64,000 nucleotides of DNA from Planctomycetota bacterium (GTDB lineage: Bacteria; Planctomycetota; UBA1135; UBA2386). The notes under the pieces were generated by a model. That model did no database searches. It saw only the letters and a list, made by a program, of their open reading frames with translations, and had not been told where the DNA came from. Shown here piece by piece: positions 38,566 through 51,212 of this stretch; the stretch's first letter is position 1, and each line of letters starts with the position of its first letter. Made by a program: the position numbers and the translations under genes. The DNA is taken from assembly GCA_041178545.1 (NCBI GenBank), contig JBEGVB010000056.1, forward strand, positions 369 to 64,368, read 5' to 3'.

Positions 38566-39717
38566 TCAGCGGCGCAGGGACTGCATCAGGGTGAGGAGCG
38601 GCGAGAGGAGCGCGTACACGATGAAGCCCACCACCACCGCGAGTGCGACGAGCAGGATGGGTTCCAGCAACTTGAACGTCGTGTCGACGGTGCGGTCCAC
38701 CTCTTCCTCGTAGCGGTCGGCGATGCGACCCAGCATGCGGTCCAGCTCACCGGTCTGTTCACCGACATCGACCATGTTCACGACCATGTCGTCGAACATG
38801 CCGCTCTGGCCCATCGGCACCGCAATGCCTGCGCCCTCGCGGATCGAGGCGTGCACCGAGGCAACGGCAGCACTCATGTGCACGTTGCTCACCGAGGCCT
38901 GGATGATGCTCAGCGCGTCGAGGTGCGGGACACCGCTCTGCACCAGGGTGCCGAAGGTCCGCGCGAACCGTGCGACGAGGTTCTTGCGCACCAGTCCACC
39001 GAACAGCGGCAGCCGCAGGTGCATGCGGTGGACGAGGCCGCGGTAACCGTCGACCCTGGCCACCAGCATGCGGTGGACCACGACGACGAGCACGACCGCG
39101 AGCACGTAACACCACCACCACGCCTGCAGGTGCTCGCCGAGGCCGATCACCGTGCGGGTGGTCCAGTGGAAGTTCGTCATGCCACCGCCGATCGACTGGA
39201 AGATCTCCTTGAACTTGGGGATGACCAGCGCAAACACGAGCAGCAGCACGCAGAAGGCGATGCCGAGCACGACGGCCGGGTACGCCATCGCGCCGATCAC
39301 CCGGGACTTGATGCGCTCGCTCTTCTCGAGGAACCCTGCCAGGCGGTTGAGGATCTCCTCCTGGACACCACCTGCCTCGCCCGCACGCATCATGTTCGTG
39401 TAGAGGGCGTCGAACACGCGGTCGTGCTTTGCCATCGCCTCGGACAACGGGGTGCCGGCCTCCACGTCCTCGACCAACTGGGCACTGATGCGCTTCATGG
39501 GGCCCTGCGGCAACTGTCCCTCGAGCACGCGGAGGCTGCGGGTGACCGGGATGCCGGCATCCAGCAAGGTGGCCAGCTGGCTGGTGAACTGCGCCAGCAC
39601 ACGCGGCCGCACCCTGCCGATCGGTCGAGCCGTCCCGCCCGCGGTCGCCAGCGCACCGCCACCTGGGACAGCGGCGGTCTTGGGCAACGGAACCTTGCGC
39701 TGGAGCTTCTTGGGCAT
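38566..39717 (-). CDS. Type II secretion / type IV pilus platform protein F family (GspF/PilC-like)
   Basis: ATG 39717 within ORF 38566..40002. Two T2SSF repeats (FTSQLATLLDAGIPVTRSL...MMRAGEAGG... and FARTFGTLVQSGVPHLDAL...VDVGEQTGELD) and three TM blocks. Confidence 0.85.
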   Translation of the reverse strand: MPKKLQRKVPLPKTAAVPGGGALATAGGTARPIGRVRPRVLAQFTSQLATLLDAGIPVTRSLRVLEGQLPQGPMKRISAQLVEDVEAGTPLSEAMAKHDRVFDALYTNMMRAGEAGGVQEEILNRLAGFLEKSERIKSRVIGAMAYPAVVLGIAFCVLLLVFALVIPKFKEIFQSIGGGMTNFHWTTRTVIGLGEHLQAWWWCYVLAVVLVVVVHRMLVARVDGYRGLVHRMHLRLPLFGGLVRKNLVARFARTFGTLVQSGVPHLDALSIIQASVSNVHMSAAVASVHASIREGAGIAVPMGQSGMFDDMVVNMVDVGEQTGELDRMLGRIADRYEEEVDRTVDTTFKLLEPILLVALAVVVGFIVYALLSPLLTLMQSLRR

Positions 39718-39769
39718 CGCGCGCCATCGTCGCGACCACAGCACCTGCCCGCAATAGCGGGTTGCCGGC

Positions 39770-40654
39770 TCAACCGCCGAGGAGGTTCGCAACGTCGAAC
39801 CAGCCCAGCGCACGCAGTCCCACCAGCGCGAGCAGCACGGCTGCAGCGCCGAGGAGCAGCAGGGGCCAGCGCGGTGCGAGGAGGGAGCGGGTGCTGCGGG
39901 CCGGCATCGCCGCGAGCTCCTCGCGCGGCAACTCGAACTGCTCGGGCACCCCGCTGCCCCCCCGCAGCCGCACCACGAGTGCCGTCGCGTTGTCCGGCCC
40001 ACCGGCTGCCAGCGCCGCCGCGACGAGCCTCTCGGCTGCCTCCTGTGCCGAACCGCCCTGGAGCAGCCTGGCGACGGCCTCGGGGCCGACGGGCTTCCAC
40101 ACCCCGTCGGTGAGCAGCGCGACCGTGTCTCCTTCCTGCAACACCACGGGCCCGGAGTCGGGCTGCGGCGGCGGCATGCCCGCGCCGATGCAGCGCGTGA
40201 GCACGTGGTCGAGGTCGGTTCGCGCGTGGTCGACGGTCAACTGCTCAAGTTGCCTGCCGCGCAGGCGCAGTGCCCTGCAGTCCCCCACGTGCACCAGTGC
40301 GGCACCGCCGGGCCCCACGGCGATTGCGGTGAGGGTGGTGCCCATGTCGCGCAGCGCGGGCAGCTGGCCCGCAAGTTCGCCGACGCGGGCGCAGGCGGCG
40401 GAGAAGCCCGCTCGCAGGCCGTCGAGCGGGTCAGTGCCACGCCACCCGCGGAACCCCAACGCGAGCCCGCGCAGGGCAGCACGGCTTGCCTCCGCGCCAC
40501 CGGCCATGCCTCCCATGCCGTCGGCGACCGCGAACAGGTCTGCTGCCCCGGGCTCGTCGACAGCGCTCAGCACGACGTAGTCGTCCTCGTTGGCGGACCG
40601 CTGCATGCCCGTGTGGGTCGCCACACCCAGCTCGATGGACCGGCGGAGCCTCAC
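39770..40654 (-). CDS. PP2C-family Ser/Thr phosphatase with C-terminal TM anchor
   Basis: GTG 40654 overlaps the upstream stop (GTGA). Motifs RSANEDD, ADGMGG, LLTDGVW and GGPDNATALVV. Tail WPLLLLGAAAVLLALVGL. Confidence 0.85.
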   Translation of the reverse strand: MRLRRSIELGVATHTGMQRSANEDDYVVLSAVDEPGAADLFAVADGMGGMAGGAEASRAALRGLALGFRGWRGTDPLDGLRAGFSAACARVGELAGQLPALRDMGTTLTAIAVGPGGAALVHVGDCRALRLRGRQLEQLTVDHARTDLDHVLTRCIGAGMPPPQPDSGPVVLQEGDTVALLTDGVWKPVGPEAVARLLQGGSAQEAAERLVAAALAAGGPDNATALVVRLRGGSGVPEQFELPREELAAMPARSTRSLLAPRWPLLLLGAAAVLLALVGLRALGWFDVANLLGG

Positions 40655-41705
40655 CTGCCACCCCCGGTCGCGAAGGTGGCCGAGACCACCTCTCCCTCGA
40701 TGGTCGAGACCACGACCTGGAAGGCTCCCTCGCCGTCCAGCGGCACCAGTGCCTCGTAGCGGTACAGCCCGTCCTGCATGCGCATCGAGTCGAGCACTGC
40801 CTGCTCGAAGGCCAGGGCCGCGGCCCCGCGGCTGTCGAGCCGGGCCTGCCGCAACCGAACCACGGAAAGGGCCTGGCGGGAACTCACACGCAACCGATCC
40901 TGCCCCCCCTGCACGTCGAGGTCGAGCACCGCAACAGCACCGTCGCGGAGCCGCTGGCGTGCCGTCGGCGACTTCAGTTCGCGCGAGGCGAACTGGAGCA
41001 GTCGCTGGAGCGTGATGCCGCGGACACTCCTGCGGACCTTTGCCTCGTCGTCCGCGACCCAGAACGGGGGGACCACGACCGAGGTGAGCAGGCCGAGCGG
41101 ACCGGCCCGTTCGACGAGCGAGAGCTCCACGGGTCCCGCGTTGACCAGGGACTCGTAGAGCACGCGCCCGGACTCGAGGTCGCGGAGGCTCACGCGCAGG
41201 ATGGCACGGGACTCGAAACCGTGGTCGGGGATGAGGAAACCGAGCCCCACCAGGAACCAGGTCCCCAACGTGATCGGCCAGCGCCCGTTCACCCCTTGCG
41301 ACTCGACCGGCCCGTCGCGCAGGCCCTCGACGACGAGCAGCCAGTCGTAGCCGTCGTCGCGCGCCTGCTGCAGGTAGCTGTCGCGCGCCGCCCCGGCAAC
41401 CGACCAGGTCTGTTCGCGCGCATGAGCCACTGCCTGCGGGTCGAGGCCCGTGCGGTGGAACACGCGCGCGGACGCGAGCGCGTCGACGAACGGCTGCAGC
41501 TCCGCTGGCATCTCGGCACCGAAGGTCGAGTCGCCCTCCGGGACGGGAACCGACCCTGGGTCGCCGAACGAGCCGGTGACCAGCACGGCTGCGTCGAGCG
41601 GCGGCAGCAAGGCGGCATCCGGGACGGCGGCAACCGAGCTGCATGCCGCACCGAGCAGGAGGAGCACGCATGCGCACGGTCCGGCAGTCCTGCGACGGAA
41701 CTGGT

Positions 41706-41709
<4 letters not shown>
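40651..41709 (-). CDS. Probable lipoprotein, unknown function
   Basis: GTG 41709 overlaps the kinase stop (GTGA). VNQFRRRTAGPCACVLLLLGAACSS is signal/lipobox-like. 352 aa with no recognised domain. Confidence 0.6.
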
Positions 41710-45920
<4,211 letters not shown>

Positions 45921-46034
45921 GGAACCAACTCGTGATCCGGGGCGGTTCGCCCTGCACAGCAGTGTCGCCGATGGGCTCCCGCCGCGGAACCCCTCGGAAC
46001 CATTCGGCCCACGTCCCCTGGGGCGGGGAATCCC

Positions 46035-46982
46035 TCAGCGGGACGCCCAGGGCTCGGCCGGGTCGCGCCCCTTGCGAGGCTGCAACCAGCTCTCCCAGCG
46101 CACCAGGAACCGCAGGTCACCGGCACTGAGGCCCGCGAGCCCGGGATGCTTGGCCAGCACGGCACGCAGCACGTAGGCCTTGTCCGTTGCGGGCACACGG
46201 GCCCGCTTCGAGTCGGGACCACGGTCGTAGCCGAACCGCACGGCCTCACCGTCGGCGCGGCGCAGGAACACCCGTACCTCCGGGTAGCGGGGATGGCTGA
46301 TCCAGCGCTCACCAAGGTTGTTCGCATCGACCTCGACCAGGTCCGGGCACTGGGGCACCAGGGGTGCGACCTCGTCGCGCCACTCCACCGCCACGGCAGC
46401 AGCCGCGAGCACGCGCTCGTCGGCGACGACCTCGCCGTGCCGGAACGAGAGCTGGTCTGCACCGCCCTCGCTGCGCAACACGGTGCCCGGCAGCGCCAGG
46501 CCGGGCAACACCGGCAGGGCGATGCCCTGACGGTCGACGCTGCAGAGGACGGCTCCATCCCCCGACTTGACCAGCAGCACCGGGCGGCGCAGCCCGACCT
46601 GCATGCGGAAGCGGTCCGGGAAGACACGCTGCAGCCGGAGGTCGCTGACCCACGGCACCTGGCGCAGGCCCTCCTGCAGGCGACGAGCGGAACGTTCGTC
46701 GAGGATCGGCACCGCGTCGTGCAGCCAGGGCTGGAGGTCGCGGGACACCACGACCAGCGCCTCGGTGGACAGCCAGTCGGGCCGCGCGGCGAACCCGACC
46801 TTGCCGAGTTCGACCGCGGGACTCAGGTTCTCGCTGTGGCGCAGCCGCATCGCCAGGACATCTGCGGCGCGCGGACCGAAGAACCACACCGTGAGCAGGA
46901 ATGCAGACCAGATGGTGAGGCGAATGGCCCAGAGGGCCGCGCTCCCGAGCTTGTGCTCGTTGTCTGGTTGCACCCCGCCCAC
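46035..46982 (-). CDS. FtsQ/DivIB-like POTRA domain protein
   Basis: N-terminal TM WAIRLTIWSAFLLTVWFF. POTRA-like LRQVPWVSDLRLQRVFPDRFRMQVGLRRPVLLV. FtsQ-type C-terminal beta domain ending ..GDLRF... GTG start. Confidence 0.65.
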   Translation of the reverse strand: MGGVQPDNEHKLGSAALWAIRLTIWSAFLLTVWFFGPRAADVLAMRLRHSENLSPAVELGKVGFAARPDWLSTEALVVVSRDLQPWLHDAVPILDERSARRLQEGLRQVPWVSDLRLQRVFPDRFRMQVGLRRPVLLVKSGDGAVLCSVDRQGIALPVLPGLALPGTVLRSEGGADQLSFRHGEVVADERVLAAAAVAVEWRDEVAPLVPQCPDLVEVDANNLGERWISHPRYPEVRVFLRRADGEAVRFGYDRGPDSKRARVPATDKAYVLRAVLAKHPGLAGLSAGDLRFLVRWESWLQPRKGRDPAEPWASR

Positions 46983-47013
46983 TTTGGCAACAGGAGAATC
47001 GGATCCGTGCGGA

Positions 47014-47271
47014 TCAGTTCAGCCTGGCGACTGCCGGCTTGACCTCGGTACGGGTGCGGTCGACGCCGCGCCCGCCGGTGGCCTGGTCGCAGTCCTCGAT
47101 GAAGATCTCGAGGGTGTCGAGGATGTTCTCGAAGGTGCCGCGGTCCAGCGTCAGCTCACGGCCACCCTTGGCGGCGTCGAGCTCGTGCTCCATGAGCTTG
47201 CTCAGGATCTTGAGCTGGGAGAGGTGGCGACCGACGAACTTGTTCACGTTGCTGTCCGACTTCGATTCCAT
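47014..47271 (-). CDS. Small soluble protein (85 aa), unknown function
   Basis: ATG 47271 with GGAG about 10 nt upstream. MESKSDSNVNKFVGRHLSQLKILSKLMEHELDAAKGG... Ends 32 nt before the FtsQ-like gene. Confidence 0.5.
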   Translation of the reverse strand: MESKSDSNVNKFVGRHLSQLKILSKLMEHELDAAKGGRELTLDRGTFENILDTLEIFIEDCDQATGGRGVDRTRTEVKPAVARLN

Positions 47272-47286
47272 TGGGAGGACTCCAAG

Positions 47287-47314
47287 AAGCAAAAGACCGG
47301 CCCGGACACGGGCC
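47287..47314 (-). terminator. Terminator-like hairpin + U-tract just upstream of the small ORF RBS
   Basis: Minus strand GGCCCG-TGTC-CGGGCC (47314-47299) followed by GGTCTTTTGCTT. Confidence 0.35.
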
Positions 47315-47323
47315 AGCTGACCG

Positions 47324-47349
47324 GAAAAAAGTCTCCGCGACCTGCGGAG
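47324..47349 (-). terminator. Terminator-like hairpin + U6 tract
   Basis: Minus strand CTCCGC-AGGTC-GCGGAG (47349-47333) followed by ACTTTTTTCC. No annotated minus-strand gene lies upstream of it. Confidence 0.45.
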
Positions 47350-47493
47350 GCGCGGCAGCATAGCTGTGCCCCCCACCGATGCCAGCGCACACCGAGGGGC
47401 GCCGGACGAATCCCGGACCCCTCTCCGCTGCGCCGGACACGGCGGGAATCGGATGTTGAAAGTCCTCCACGATCCGCCATCCTGCAGGTCGCG

Positions 47494-49527
47494 ATGCAGT
47501 TCCGGGGTTACACGCTCAACGAGTTCCAGATGCGCGCCGCCGAGGCCATCGAGGCCGGCAAGAATGTGCTGCTGGCGGCCCCGACCGGGTCCGGGAAGAC
47601 CCTGGTCGCGGAGTATGCGATCGAGACTGCCGTGCGCGGCGGCCGGCGCGCCATCTACACGAGCCCCGTCAAGGCCCTGAGCAACCAGAAGTACCGAGAC
47701 TTCAAGGCGCTCGGCATGGACGTGGGACTCATGACCGGGGACCTCACCCTCAACCCGGATGCCGCAATCGTCATCATGACGACCGAGATCTTCCGGAACT
47801 CGGTGTTCGAGAAGCCTGAGCGCTTCCACGACACGGATTTCGCGATCTTCGACGAGATCCACTTCCTCGACGACGTGGAGCGCGGAACGGTATGGGAGGA
47901 GAGCCTCATCTTCGCTCCCGACCATGTGCGCTTCGTCGGGCTCTCCGCGACCATCGCCAACCTCGAGGAGTTCGGCGGCTGGATCCGTTCCGCCCGCCCC
48001 CACGCCCTCGAGGTCATCGAGCACACGCGCAGGCCCGTCCCACTGTCGCACCGCCTGTTCCACCCCGACGCGGGCGTGTTCCAGCTGGCGCAGCGCAGCC
48101 AGGCAGTGCGGTTCCACGAGCGCGCCCTCGGCCGTGAGGAACGACACGGCAAGCGGGTCAGCCGGCGCGAGGCCGTGCGTTCACGCTGGGGCGACCCGCG
48201 CGAGCGTGCGCGCGGCCGCAACCTGCGGATGGGTCCCCGCCCCTACCTTCAGCTGCTCGACGAGCTCCAGCACCGGACGCTGGTGCCAGTCCTCTACTTC
48301 TGCTTCTCCCGCAAGGAGTGCGAGATCAAGGCGGAACGCAACCTGCACCGGAGGCTGCTCGGCAGGGCAGAGCGCGCACAGGTCGAGGACCTCTTCGACG
48401 ACATCTGCAGGCGCTTCGAGCTGGACCCGGCAAAGGACCCCGGCCTGCTCGGCATCCTCGGACGCGCGGTGCAGGGCATCGGCTTCCACCACGCAGGCAT
48501 GCTCCCCATCCACAAGGAGGTGGTCGAGCGGCTCTTCACGTCGGGCCTGCTCAAGCTGCTGTTCACCACCGAGACGTTTGCCCTCGGCATCAACATGCCG
48601 GCGCGCACGGTGGTGTTCGACCTGCTGCGCAAGTTCGACGGCGTCGAGATGAACTACATGCGCACCCGCGACTACATGCAGATGGCGGGTCGCGCGGGCC
48701 GACAGGGCCTCGACGAGAGCGGCCTCGTGATCTCGATCCTCGAGGACGAGGACCTGAAGGAGGCCCCGCTCGCCCGCTACTTCGGCGGCAAGGCCGAGTC
48801 GATCACTTCGCGTTTCAACCTCTCCTACGCGACGATCATCAACCTGTACGGGCGGATGGGGACCAAGCTGGTGGAGGCCTACGACCGCAGCTTCTCGGCC
48901 TACCAGGCGCAGACCGGTTCGGCGAAGACCCGTGCACTCAAGCGGAACGCGGCGCGGGCCGCCCTGCTGCACCGCGTCCAGGTCCTGCGGACCGCTGGCT
49001 ACCTCGACGAGCATGGCGTGATGCCGCGCGGCCGCATCGCCCAACAGGTGAACGGCTACGAGGTCCAGGCGACGGAACTGCTGTTCAGCGGCGTGCTGGA
49101 CAAGCTGGACCTGCACCAGCTGGCAGCGACCTTTGCCTCCGTGATCCACGAGGAGCGCAAGTCCGCGGGCGGTCGCAACGCACGACGCGAGCCTGGCCCC
49201 CTCATGCAGGCGGTCTCGGACGCCATCGAGCGCTTCGTGCAGGTGGAAATCTCGCACGGCGTGAAGGAGCCCATCAAGATGCCGGACTTCGGCATCGCAC
49301 CGGCCGTCGACGCGTGGAGCCGCGGCTGCACCATCGAGGACCTGGAGCGCCTGTCCCACTCGGACGCAGGCGACGTGGTCAGGACGCTCCGCATGGCGAT
49401 CCAGATGATGCGGCAGGTGAGGATCGCCGCAGGCAGCAAGTCCTCCCTCGCGACGCGCCTCGACGAGGCCATTGTCTCGATCAACCGGGACGAGGTCGAC
49501 GCGAAGCGTCAGTTCGAGCTGGGCTGA
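47494..49527 (+). CDS. Ski2/HelY-like DExH-box RNA helicase with DSHCT-like C-terminus
   Basis: ATG 47494 within ORF 46567..49527. Motif I APTGSGKT, motif II DEIH, SAT, motif VI MAGRAGRQG. C-terminal ..WSRGCTIEDL...GDVVRTLRM.. block. Confidence 0.9.
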   Translation: MQFRGYTLNEFQMRAAEAIEAGKNVLLAAPTGSGKTLVAEYAIETAVRGGRRAIYTSPVKALSNQKYRDFKALGMDVGLMTGDLTLNPDAAIVIMTTEIFRNSVFEKPERFHDTDFAIFDEIHFLDDVERGTVWEESLIFAPDHVRFVGLSATIANLEEFGGWIRSARPHALEVIEHTRRPVPLSHRLFHPDAGVFQLAQRSQAVRFHERALGREERHGKRVSRREAVRSRWGDPRERARGRNLRMGPRPYLQLLDELQHRTLVPVLYFCFSRKECEIKAERNLHRRLLGRAERAQVEDLFDDICRRFELDPAKDPGLLGILGRAVQGIGFHHAGMLPIHKEVVERLFTSGLLKLLFTTETFALGINMPARTVVFDLLRKFDGVEMNYMRTRDYMQMAGRAGRQGLDESGLVISILEDEDLKEAPLARYFGGKAESITSRFNLSYATIINLYGRMGTKLVEAYDRSFSAYQAQTGSAKTRALKRNAARAALLHRVQVLRTAGYLDEHGVMPRGRIAQQVNGYEVQATELLFSGVLDKLDLHQLAATFASVIHEERKSAGGRNARREPGPLMQAVSDAIERFVQVEISHGVKEPIKMPDFGIAPAVDAWSRGCTIEDLERLSHSDAGDVVRTLRMAIQMMRQVRIAAGSKSSLATRLDEAIVSINRDEVDAKRQFELG

Positions 49528-49529
49528 CC

Positions 49530-50360
49530 TCAGGCCGGCGCCAGCACGCGGCCGCCGGCCACCACGAGTGGGAACAGCTCGCCTGCCACCAGTGCACCCG
49601 TGGGCAACGGGTCGGCCCCCCGCAACAGGGGCTGGCTGCCCTCCGCGACACGGACGTGGCCGCCCATGTAGTTGAACACCGCGGCGCGACGCCAACGCGT
49701 GGACCGGTTGCCCCTGCTGCCATGGAGCGTGTGGCTGTGGTGGATGGTGGCCTGACCGGCACGCAATGGCGCGGCAACCGGCTCGAACCGGGAACCCGGT
49801 GGCAGGAGACCCACCAGCGTCTCCAGCGGGGCGTCGAACGGCAGCGGTGGCAACAGGCCCCACCGGTGGCTTCCCGGCACGAAACACAGGCAGCCGTTCT
49901 CCTCGTCCGCGTCGTCGAGCATCACGTTGACGGTGATGTGGCACGCAGGAGTCGTGCGCGTCCAGTAGGAGTAGTCCTGGTGCCACGGCACACCGCCAGG
50001 GTGACCGGGGGGCTTGGCGAACACCTGGTCGTGCCAGAATCGCAGGTCCTCGACCCCCAGCAACTGGGCACAGGGAACGACCATGGCTGGGGAGAACACG
50101 GCCTCGCGCAGCGCCTCCTCGACCCGCCAGCCGCCGAGGAAGTGGCAGACCACTGCGTCCCTGCGCTCCCGCCACGCACGCTCCACCTCGTAGAGACGGG
50201 GTTCCAACTCGTCGATCCGGTCGATGACGCGTTGCACGGCCGCGCGCACCCGGGCGCACTCCTCGGGACCGAAGACCTCGACTCCTGTGACGAAGCCGTC
50301 CCGCTCGAAGGCGGCGACCTGGTCCGGTCGCAGTCGGAACGCAGCCGACGGAAGGCTCAC
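49530..50360 (-). CDS. Phytanoyl-CoA dioxygenase (PhyH) family Fe(II)/2-oxoglutarate oxygenase
   Basis: GTG 50360 overlaps the nadK stop (GTGA). FERDGFV N-terminus, the metal triad context WHQDYSYW ... HHSHTLHGS, and the distal R. Confidence 0.8.
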   Translation of the reverse strand: MSLPSAAFRLRPDQVAAFERDGFVTGVEVFGPEECARVRAAVQRVIDRIDELEPRLYEVERAWRERRDAVVCHFLGGWRVEEALREAVFSPAMVVPCAQLLGVEDLRFWHDQVFAKPPGHPGGVPWHQDYSYWTRTTPACHITVNVMLDDADEENGCLCFVPGSHRWGLLPPLPFDAPLETLVGLLPPGSRFEPVAAPLRAGQATIHHSHTLHGSRGNRSTRWRRAAVFNYMGGHVRVAEGSQPLLRGADPLPTGALVAGELFPLVVAGGRVLAPA

Positions 50361-51208
50361 GGGTGCGGCGTGGAACCCGGCAGGTCCGCGAAACCGAACT
50401 TGGCCCGTAGCGCCGAGAAGAAGTGGTCGGGCCCCGGGCTCAGGTGGCGGAAGCGGAAGGGCGCGCTGCGGACCAGGGCACGCGCACCGCGCCCCATGGG
50501 CAGGTTGACCTGACCGTCCAGCTGCAACTGGCCGCCGCGCCGACCCACCGGGTCGACGAGCTCCAGCTCCAAGGTGCATGCGGGCAGCACCAGCGGCCGC
50601 GCGCTCAGGGTGTGCGAGGCAAGCGGCGTGAGGACGAATGCGTCCAGTTCGGGCGTGAGCACGGGACCACCTGCGGCGAGCGAGTACGCCGTCGAGCCGG
50701 CAGCCGTGGCGACGATGAGTCCGTCGCCGCGGTAGGTGGCGATCTCGGTGCCGTTGCGCGAAGCCCGCACCGTGACGATGCCTCCTGCGAGCGCACGGCT
50801 CACCACGGCATCGTTCATGGCGAGGACCGGTTCCGTCGGCGGGTGGCCGGGCTCCACCACCGAGCACTCGAGCAGGCCGCGCGGCTCCTCCCGCAGTCGA
50901 CCGGCGAGTGCGAGCTCGAGGGCCTCGTGGGTGCGGGTGCGGTCGAAGGCGGTGAGGAACCCGAGACGACCGAGGTTGATGCCCAGCGTGGGCATCTGGT
51001 TCGCGCCCATGCGGCGCATGGCGCCGAGCATCGAGCCGTCGCCGCCGAACACGACCACGAGGTCTGCACGGTGGCCCGCGAGGGACGAGTCCCGGTCGAG
51101 CACGACCTCGACGCGCGCGCCGCGGCCAGTCAGCCAGGAGGCCGCCTCCTCCACCACGGCACGGGTGCCGCCCTTGCGCTCGTCGCCGAGGACCAGGACG
51201 GACTTCAT
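50357..51208 (-). CDS. nadK: NAD+ kinase
   Basis: GGDGSML, NLGRLGFLT and ATAAGSTAYSLAAGGP motifs. 283 aa. Confidence 0.9.
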   Translation of the reverse strand: MKSVLVLGDERKGGTRAVVEEAASWLTGRGARVEVVLDRDSSLAGHRADLVVVFGGDGSMLGAMRRMGANQMPTLGINLGRLGFLTAFDRTRTHEALELALAGRLREEPRGLLECSVVEPGHPPTEPVLAMNDAVVSRALAGGIVTVRASRNGTEIATYRGDGLIVATAAGSTAYSLAAGGPVLTPELDAFVLTPLASHTLSARPLVLPACTLELELVDPVGRRGGQLQLDGQVNLPMGRGARALVRSAPFRFRHLSPGPDHFFSALRAKFGFADLPGSTPHP

Positions 51209-51212
51209 GGGC

